DNA from: Thermoanaerobaculia bacterium
GTDB lineage: Bacteria; Acidobacteriota; Thermoanaerobaculia; Multivoradales; J023
DNA length: 64,000 bases
Reading direction: 5' to 3'
NCBI GenBank assembly: GCA_030431255.1
Contig: JAUIJL010000005.1
Span: forward strand, 29,313-93,312
In this document: positions 57,734 to 64,000 of the stretch, piece by piece
Numbering within the stretch: the first letter of the stretch is position 1
Layout: each line of letters opens with the position of its first letter
Position numbers and translations under genes: made by a program
The notes under the pieces: generated by a model
Told to the model about the DNA's origin: nothing
The model's database searches: none
The model's input: only the letters and a program-made list of their open reading frames with translations

Positions 57734-59629
57734 TCACAAGCCGAAGGACAAACCTCCGACCAGGGTCAAACCGGGAGAGGTATAACCGGGAATTTCGCTG
57801 TAGTCGGAACCCAAGAGATTCTCCGCCCGCACAAAGGGACGCCAGCGCTCTGTGAGCTGATAGTCCACGGACAGATCCACGCGCTCGTAGTCGTCCATGT
57901 CGGAGCCGTCCGCGTCGATTCGATCCGACACGGCCACCACGGTGGCGGTGGTCCGCAGCTTGTCGATGGGTCGGTAGAAGAGGCTGAGGGTGGTGCGCTG
58001 CTCGGGCCGACGGGCCAGCTGGAGACCTGTGGCCAAGTCCTCGGTTTCGTTGAAGGTGTGGGAGGCTTGGAGCTGGAAGAGCTCGCTCGCTTGCCAGTCC
58101 AGGGTCAGCTCCACGCCGCTCGAGCTCGCCTCGGCCAAGTTGACGAATCCCGCCGGGAAGGTGAAGAGGATCAAATCCTCGAAGTCGGTGTCGAAATAAG
58201 TCAGATCCACCACCACCCGGCCATCGTGGAAAGCCAGCTCCAACCCCAAATCGAACCCCTCGCTCGTCTCCGGAAGCAGGTCGGGATTGCCGAATCCGGG
58301 GAAGAATAGGTCGCTGAACGTGGGAGCTTTGAAACCCGTGCCGAACGAGCCGTGCAAGCGAGCGACGTCTCCCAGGCGGGCTGAAATCGCCGCGCGATAG
58401 GTGGCTTCGTCGCCGAACACCGAGTGGTCGTCACGGCGAGCCCCCAATGAGAGATCGACGTCGTCCCCAAGGGTCCAAAGGCTCTCGACGAAGAGCGACC
58501 GAATATCGAGGCTTTCGTCGAAGGAGCCGACATTTTCGGCCTCGCGACGCTCGACCGCATAACCCACGGAAATCAGCTCCCCGGAGCCGAAGCTCAAATC
58601 CGCCTGGGTGCGGACCTCGGCGTTGCGGCTGACGATTTCGAAATTGCTGAAGAAATCGTCCGGGTCCTTGCCCAAAAGCTCGTCACGGGTGCTGCCGACG
58701 GTCAGGCTTTGGGTCCAGACCTCGTTGATCGGTTGACGCAGGGACACCGTCGCCGTGGTCAGGCTGCGCTCTTGCTGGGCGTTGAGGTCGTCGGTCGGGC
58801 CGATGCCGAAGGTAAAGCCGTCGACGTCCGTGTCCCCTTTCACATGACGCACGGTTGCTTCGATCCGGCCATCGCCCCACACGGAGGTGCCGACCCGGCC
58901 CGAGACCGTCAGGTTGGTCCAAGGATCGTCCTCGGAATTGCCCTTAGCCTCGTCCGCGGCAGAAACCCCATCGGTTTCGATGCGGGAGACGGATAGGCTG
59001 TAGTCCACGGAATCGTCGCCGCCCGAGACTCCGGCGCCGAATTGGGAGTAGCCGTCGCTGCCGCCGGCCGCGCGCACCCACGGTTTCGTGGGTCCTTGGC
59101 CGCGTCGGGTGATGATGTGGATCGATCCGGCCACCGCTTCGGAGCCGTGGACCAGGCCCTGGGGACCTCGCACCACCTCGATCCGTTCCAGGTTGTCGGC
59201 GGTCAAATCCGCGAAGTCGAAGGCACCGGTGGTGCCGTCGTTGACCCGGCGGCCGTCGATCGTCACCAGGGTATGGGACGAGCTGCCGCCGCGGATGAAC
59301 ACGCTGGTGGCCTTACCGGGGCCGCCGACGGTGGCCACTTCCAGGCCGGGCACCGTGCGCAGCAGCTCCAGCACCGTGTCCTTATTCCGGGCTTCGATGT
59401 CTTGCCGATCGATGACCGTGACCGAGCTGCCGAGGCGATGCTTGGGCAGCTCCATCAGGCTGGCGCTAACGACGATTTCTTCTTCCAACGCCACCGATGG
59501 CTCGGTCGGGAGGTCGCCGCCGGCAGACTGCCCCCAGATCGGATTGGAGAGTGTCAAGAAGAGCGTGAGACAGAGCGAAAGGGCAGCCAGGGTTGGCGTC
59601 GGAGAAGTTTTCGGGCGTGCAGGATTCAT
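57734..59629 (-). CDS. btuB: TonB-dependent receptor, probable cobalamin transporter
   Basis: EEIVVSA TonB box, FIRGG, ERIEVVRGP, GNPDLLPE, ENLL; cobalamin riboswitch upstream. Confidence 0.85.
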   Translation of the reverse strand: MNPARPKTSPTPTLAALSLCLTLFLTLSNPIWGQSAGGDLPTEPSVALEEEIVVSASLMELPKHRLGSSVTVIDRQDIEARNKDTVLELLRTVPGLEVATVGGPGKATSVFIRGGSSSHTLVTIDGRRVNDGTTGAFDFADLTADNLERIEVVRGPQGLVHGSEAVAGSIHIITRRGQGPTKPWVRAAGGSDGYSQFGAGVSGGDDSVDYSLSVSRIETDGVSAADEAKGNSEDDPWTNLTVSGRVGTSVWGDGRIEATVRHVKGDTDVDGFTFGIGPTDDLNAQQERSLTTATVSLRQPINEVWTQSLTVGSTRDELLGKDPDDFFSNFEIVSRNAEVRTQADLSFGSGELISVGYAVERREAENVGSFDESLDIRSLFVESLWTLGDDVDLSLGARRDDHSVFGDEATYRAAISARLGDVARLHGSFGTGFKAPTFSDLFFPGFGNPDLLPETSEGFDLGLELAFHDGRVVVDLTYFDTDFEDLILFTFPAGFVNLAEASSSGVELTLDWQASELFQLQASHTFNETEDLATGLQLARRPEQRTTLSLFYRPIDKLRTTATVVAVSDRIDADGSDMDDYERVDLSVDYQLTERWRPFVRAENLLGSDYSEIPGYTSPGLTLVGGLSFGL

Positions 59630-59674
59630 CAAGGCTCCTTTCCTTATTCCACGAAGGAAACATAGAAGCGAGCC

Positions 59675-59912
59675 GAAGGTCAGATATCCTGGCTTACGTT
59701 CGTCCTACTGACCGCGCCTTCCCATCCAATGCCCGCCATGGGCTTCGACAGTGGCTTTTTCGACCCTGGCGTTTCCGCGAGCAGCGTTTCCGATAGCGGC
59801 TCGTCGCCAATGTCTTCGTGCGGCGTTCGTCCCGAACACAGTCGCGGGGCGGCGGGAGATTCTCACTCCACTTCCCTGATCCGACGGCTGGGGGTTGTAG
59901 GGCCACCCGAGG
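59675..59912 (-). ncRNA. Cobalamin riboswitch
   Basis: Minus strand reads AGGGAAGTGGAGTGAGAATCTCC..GCCCCGCGACTGT...GCCACTG...GGGAAGGC...AAGCCAGGATATCTG, upstream of a btuB-like gene. Confidence 0.88.
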
Positions 59913-60013
59913 GCGGCCGGTTGGCGTGTCCCAGGGGCATACCCCGTCGGACATCGTGCGGCGGAGTATACGCGAAAGACCATCCGACGACTGTCACGGC
60001 TGCTGCCGCAGGA

Positions 60014-60390
60014 TTATTTTTCAGCGTCGCGGATCGCTTTCGCCACCCGGCGCCGGAGATCGGCTTCAACCGCCGTCCCTCCGCCGCCGACCCGGTGCAG
60101 GATGCCCCCTTCTGGGCTGACCAGCACATAGGTCGGGTAGGATCTGACGCTCCACCTTGGGCCTGGTCGGCTTTCTTGAACGCCGACTCCGCGCCGACAA
60201 AATCCGAAGCGGCCATCTTTTGCAGCCCGTCTTGGATCAACGGATCCGAAGGTGAAGCCGTCGAGGCGGAGGCGACCGAAGCCACGATGGACCCAAGAAA
60301 GAAAAGCATGCACCACACCAGTGCCTGTGGTTTGGTGATCACCAGACTCTCTGATTCAAGGCTGTAGATTTGAAGCAGACCTCTTTGCAT
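60014..60390 (-). pseudogene. Probable internally deleted gene: signal/TPR-like N-terminus joined out of frame to a thioredoxin/TlpA-like C-terminus
   Basis: One frame gives MQRG...LVWCMLFFLGSIVASVASA...DFVGAESAFKKA; another gives WSVRSYPTYVLVSPEGGILHRVGG...stop. Confidence 0.5.
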
Positions 60391-60473
60391 CACTTGCTCC
60401 CTCAGCTGTGGGATCCTCGACGATGTCCTCTGTCTGCCATGCTTTATTGTACGGCCCAAGGAAGAATCTGTTC

Positions 60474-60510
60474 GTAGGGTTGGGGCTTGCCCCGGGCTTG
60501 CCCCCAGCCG
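60474..60510 (+). repeat. GTAG-type REP-like element with internal duplication
   Basis: GTAGGGTTGGGGCTTGCCCCGGGCTTGCCCCCAGCC. Confidence 0.55.
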
Positions 60511-60618
60511 CGCCGACACACTGACGCTTCAGCCCCGCTGAATGATGGCTTGCTGCCGAATATGCATCGCCGATCTCGTCGAAAACGCATGCTTCGCTTT
60601 TACGGGCACCAAAAAGCG

Positions 60619-60646
60619 AAAGAGCGGGCCCGAAGACCCGCTCTTT
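60619..60646 (-). terminator. Probable terminator downstream of lanthipeptide precursor
   Basis: AAAGAGCGGG-CCCGAAGA-CCCGCTCTTT, with A-runs giving U-rich sequence on the minus strand. Confidence 0.65.
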
Positions 60647-60701
60647 CTCGAGATCACACCAAGAAGAAAGATCTAACCTGGTGACCGACTAAAGGCCGAT
60701 A

Positions 60702-60914
60702 TCAATAGCAGTGCTTCGGCGGGCACGGCGAGCAGATGGCCGACGTCGGGCAGAAGGTGCCGTAGCTGCAGCCACCGGTGAGACTGCTGAGAGCCTCGTC
60801 ATCGACGTTCATGACCGCGGCCGGGCTCTCGGGAAGAGCGGCTTTTTGGTCTTGGCTCAGCTCGGCATAGAACTCGCCGTCACGCCACGCACGAATCACG
60901 TCTTGCTTTTTCAT
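60702..60914 (-). CDS. lanA: Class II lanthipeptide precursor (mersacidin/lichenicidin-type leader), 70 aa
   Basis: Leader DVIRAWRD.EF...LPESPAA...VDDEALSSLTGG; core CSYGTFCPTSAICSPCPPKHCY; AGGAGA RBS; follows lanM. Confidence 0.92.
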   Translation of the reverse strand: MKKQDVIRAWRDGEFYAELSQDQKAALPESPAAVMNVDDEALSSLTGGCSYGTFCPTSAICSPCPPKHCY

Positions 60915-60932
60915 AGTCAGTCTCCTACATGC

Positions 60933-60982
60933 GGGTCGGTTCAATTCGAGCTGTGGATCACCGACCCTCGATCCACAGCTCG
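60933..60982 (-). other. Intergenic 13-bp stem-loop whose loop is complementary to a downstream 8-mer (predicted pseudoknot)
   Basis: CGAGCTGTGGATC / GATCCACAGCTCG stem; loop ACCGACCC is complementary to GGGTCGGT at 60933-60940. Confidence 0.6.
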
Positions 60983-61010
60983 CTGCCCCGACACATGTCG
61001 GGACGAAAGA

Positions 61011-63998
61011 CTAAGAGCTTTTCGAAGGCACCGATTCAAGGGTCAGAATAGAAGGAATTCGCTCGGGCGCCGCGAGCCTGGCCAAGCCGTAGGCAACGCC
61101 CGCCAAACCGGTCATCAAGCCCGGCGTCTCCACGCTCCCGGGCAGGCCGAACAACAAACCGTCCCGTCGGATGCTGTCGAGCACACCGCCCGCCAACCGA
61201 CCGGCGGACGCCGACCAATCCCCGCGATCCAGGGTCCGACCCGCCATGGCGAGCAACTGCAGATTGCCCACATCTCCGTGGCAGAGGCAGTGGTTCTGGC
61301 CCAAGCCGTTGAGCTCGGTGGAACGTACGGTGGTCTCGATCTCGGCTCGAATCTGATCGTCGTCGAGGAACGGCAAGCCGGCGAGGCGAGCCATGCCGAT
61401 TCCCGGCGCACCGTGACACCAGGCCTGCATGAAATGGCCGGTGGAGGCGTCCATGCCTTCGGCCGCTCCGGCCCTCAGATCCGGCCAATTCTGCCGCTCT
61501 GCCACAAAGAGGCCGCGCTCAAAAGCCAGAGCTCGGTCGGCGGTATGTCGGAACGTTTCATCTCCCGTGGCGTCCGCGATGTGCAGCAGGGCCAACGCAA
61601 TACCCGCCGCCCCGTGGGACAGCCCAGCCAGGGCCCGATCACCGGCCAGGGGCATTCGCCAGCCCAACCCTTCACCATGGGGCTCGGCCTTCTCCAACAA
61701 CCGCTCGCCACAGGCGCGGACCAACGGCAGCAGGCTCGGATCGGGTCGCACCTCGTGCAGACGCAGCAAGGACACCGCACAACCCGCGGAGCCGGCGATC
61801 CAATCGAGCAGCTCGTCCCGAGCGATCCGCTCGGCCAACCCTTCGGTGGTGGCCATGGCTTCGTCGAGCAAGGCCTCGTCTCCCCACAGGGAGCCGAGCT
61901 GGGTGAGCACATAAATCACGCCGCCCCAGCCGTTGAAGCCGCCGAGTCCTTGGACCCTCGACGGATCGTCGCGGATTTGGCGACGCTGAGCTTCCAGGGC
62001 TAAGCGGGAGAGCTCGGTGAGCTCACCGTCGCCCAGCAAGTCGCCCAGAAACCCCAAGCTGAAAGCGATGCCCGGTAGGCCCTGAAAGACATCGGGCCCG
62101 GTAGGCGCTAGGTGCCACCCTTCTACCTCGCCGTGGTGCAGGGTCAGCCAACAGGCCTCTTTAGATCCGCGGAAGGCCCGATCCACGATGCGGCGGGAAA
62201 TCTCGGCGGCCGCCGCGCAGAGCTCGTCACGGCCGGCCGGCCGCTCCCGCGGCGACATCTCGAAGGAAGGTCGCGGCTGGGCTTGGGTGCCGAGCAAGAG
62301 GGCGTCCAAGGAGTCGTGCAAGACCGCGAGCTGACGGGCCAGGTCCGCAGGACCCAGGTCCTCGATTCGACGGCGCACGCTCTCTAATCCCGACTGTCCC
62401 AGAAGCTCGGGGAACGTGGTGCCGTCCCAGGTCCAGACGTCCCGAGATCCACCGGTGGTCACGAAGAGCGGGATGTCCCCCTGCTCCAAATCGCGGACCT
62501 CCACACCCACCAGGGTCTTCAGGAAGGGTCGGTGCTCCCCCATCACCCACAGTCGATCGAAGAGCCGTCGACGGCTGGGGTCGTGGGTCAAGACATGGGG
62601 ATGGTAGCTCTCCAACAACAAGGTGCCGTAGGTCGCGGTCTGACGGAAGAGAATGCGCACCTCGGCATCTTCGAAGGCCTTCAACGGGCCGTCGTCCGCC
62701 AGCAGCTCTTCCCGATGGGCCGTCAGCAGGCCGTAGAGGGCTCGGAAACCTTGCTCCAAATCCTGCCGATGATCCAACAAAGACACCTCGGCGCCGGCCA
62801 CCCGGGGCCGGTTCTCGCCCACGGGAATCTCCACCTTGCGCCGCTCCACCCGCATCTCGTCGGTTCCTACGGCGGCGGTCGCCAGCACCGGCAGAGGGGT
62901 CATCTGGCCTTCGCGGGACGCCAAGCCGCTCAGGTCGACCCCTTGGTTCTCACCATCGCCCCACCATTTGTCCGGCAGCAAGTTGCTGCGCAACAGCGAC
63001 GAGCGCAATACCGCGCCGGGCTGATCGTCGAAGTCGCCGAGCTTCGAGCCCAGCACCCAGGGCTGCAAGAGGGTCTCAAGGTCCACGGGCACCGGATGCT
63101 CACCCGCGGCAATCAAATTCTCTTGGTGAAAATCCGTCGCCTCCAACACATAGAGCAAGGCCAGATAGGCTCCTTGACGACGGTAGAAGCGGCTCAGCTG
63201 GGCGTGGTCGTCACAAGCGGCGCCGTCGACCATCTCCATCCAGCCGTAGTCGCCCCGATCCACCACCTCCAGGATCCGGAAACCGAGCTCGAAGCCCCGC
63301 TCATTGATCCACTGCTGCAAGCCCTGAAAGGCGGTCTCGACGGCCATGGATTTCGGCTTGTAAACGATGCGAAATCCCGAGTCGAAACCGAGCAAGTAAA
63401 CCCCCCGGCCACCGCGATGGGGATCGGAAACCGCACCGGTCACGACCTCCAGCTGCCCGATCGATGTCGCGGAAAAGCATCGCCGCGACAAGATGTCGGC
63501 ATCCTCGGCCAATCGTTCGAGAAACTCCCCCGCCGCCCGTCGCCATTGCTCGAAACGCAGCACCAGCTGCCGAGCCAGGACGGGATAACGCTTGAGCACG
63601 GCCACAGCTGTGATCGGATCTTTGAGGCTCTCAATGAAGTTTTGGAATCGCTCTTTGCTGTCGTTGCCCTCTAGGCGTTCCTCCATGCGCGCGATGTGCA
63701 GCTCCACCACCATCGGACGGTGCAACATGCTCGCCACCAAATCGGGAATCGGCGACGTCAGGGCTGTGGCCGCCCGCCGGGGATCGAAGGGCGCGTTGGG
63801 AAACCGCGCTTTCACCGCCTGAGCATCCGCCACCAAAGCGTCAAAGGACCGACGGAAGAGTGGATCCAAGAGGGGCAGGAACGGACAGCGCTCTAGATCA
63901 GCATGCTCCGGCCAATCAAAAGGCTCGAAGCTCGAAGGCTCGGCTTGGCCATAGGCCGACATCAGCACGTCGAGCCAGGGTAGACGGGCGGCATTCGT
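61011..63998 (-). CDS. lanM: Class II lanthipeptide synthetase LanM; 5' end beyond window
   Basis: Dehydratase motifs SDPHRGG, YKPKS, DFHQENLIA, VDLET; LanC-like GLSHGAAG, WCHG, CLCHG, GLMTGLAG; frame stays open to the window edge. Confidence 0.95.
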   Translation of the reverse strand, partial: TNAARLPWLDVLMSAYGQAEPSSFEPFDWPEHADLERCPFLPLLDPLFRRSFDALVADAQAVKARFPNAPFDPRRAATALTSPIPDLVASMLHRPMVVELHIARMEERLEGNDSKERFQNFIESLKDPITAVAVLKRYPVLARQLVLRFEQWRRAAGEFLERLAEDADILSRRCFSATSIGQLEVVTGAVSDPHRGGRGVYLLGFDSGFRIVYKPKSMAVETAFQGLQQWINERGFELGFRILEVVDRGDYGWMEMVDGAACDDHAQLSRFYRRQGAYLALLYVLEATDFHQENLIAAGEHPVPVDLETLLQPWVLGSKLGDFDDQPGAVLRSSLLRSNLLPDKWWGDGENQGVDLSGLASREGQMTPLPVLATAAVGTDEMRVERRKVEIPVGENRPRVAGAEVSLLDHRQDLEQGFRALYGLLTAHREELLADDGPLKAFEDAEVRILFRQTATYGTLLLESYHPHVLTHDPSRRRLFDRLWVMGEHRPFLKTLVGVEVRDLEQGDIPLFVTTGGSRDVWTWDGTTFPELLGQSGLESVRRRIEDLGPADLARQLAVLHDSLDALLLGTQAQPRPSFEMSPRERPAGRDELCAAAAEISRRIVDRAFRGSKEACWLTLHHGEVEGWHLAPTGPDVFQGLPGIAFSLGFLGDLLGDGELTELSRLALEAQRRQIRDDPSRVQGLGGFNGWGGVIYVLTQLGSLWGDEALLDEAMATTEGLAERIARDELLDWIAGSAGCAVSLLRLHEVRPDPSLLPLVRACGERLLEKAEPHGEGLGWRMPLAGDRALAGLSHGAAGIALALLHIADATGDETFRHTADRALAFERGLFVAERQNWPDLRAGAAEGMDASTGHFMQAWCHGAPGIGMARLAGLPFLDDDQIRAEIETTVRSTELNGLGQNHCLCHGDVGNLQLLAMAGRTLDRGDWSASAGRLAGGVLDSIRRDGLLFGLPGSVETPGLMTGLAGVAYGLARLAAPERIPSILTLESVPSKSS

Positions 63999-64000
63999 CT

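Noticed and set aside
55713..59912. Sulfatase and btuB as lanthipeptide tailoring genes
   Set aside because: btuB has its own riboswitch, a terminator follows lanA, and there is no B12-dependent radical SAM or sulfotransferase in the window
59863..60519. 218-aa ORF as an intact gene
   Set aside because: It starts within a REP-like element and ends inside the riboswitch; better explained as a remnant
60711..63674. 430-aa and 380-aa plus-strand ORFs
   Set aside because: Antisense to lanA and lanM, with no recognisable motifs

Overview
GC-rich bacterial chromosomal window. Gene content (TIGR02999-like ECF sigma, Ig-domain lipoproteins after pilMNOPQ, LpxH, TonB receptor) fits a diderm such as an Acidobacteriota member; this is inference, not proven. 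From left to right: a partial ABC ATPase fused to a cNMP-binding domain, a receiver protein, a 1491-aa FG-GAP/HYR/vWA/SdrD-B surface protein, a probable msrP remnant, a GT87-like transferase and an ECF sigma. Next come a TetR-controlled RND efflux operon whose permease is fused to a TolC-like domain, asnB with a GAF/sigma-54 activator, lpxH, mrp, and pilMNOPQ followed by three lipoproteins. Then relA/spoT, ggt, pntA1A2B and a glycosyltransferase/deacetylase/CapK-like cluster. The right end holds a C39 peptidase ABC transporter with two adaptors (one with a GAF-like N-terminus), a sulfatase, a cobalamin-riboswitch-controlled btuB-like gene, and a class II lanthipeptide locus (lanM, truncated by the window edge, plus a 70-aa precursor with a 5-Cys core). 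The most interesting items are the lanthipeptide system, a predicted pseudoknot just upstream of the precursor RBS, the RND-TolC fusion with an internal signal-peptide-like linker, and the GAF-adaptor fusion. I found no rRNA, tRNA, CRISPR array or transposase. All family calls come from motif recognition by eye; no database searches were run.
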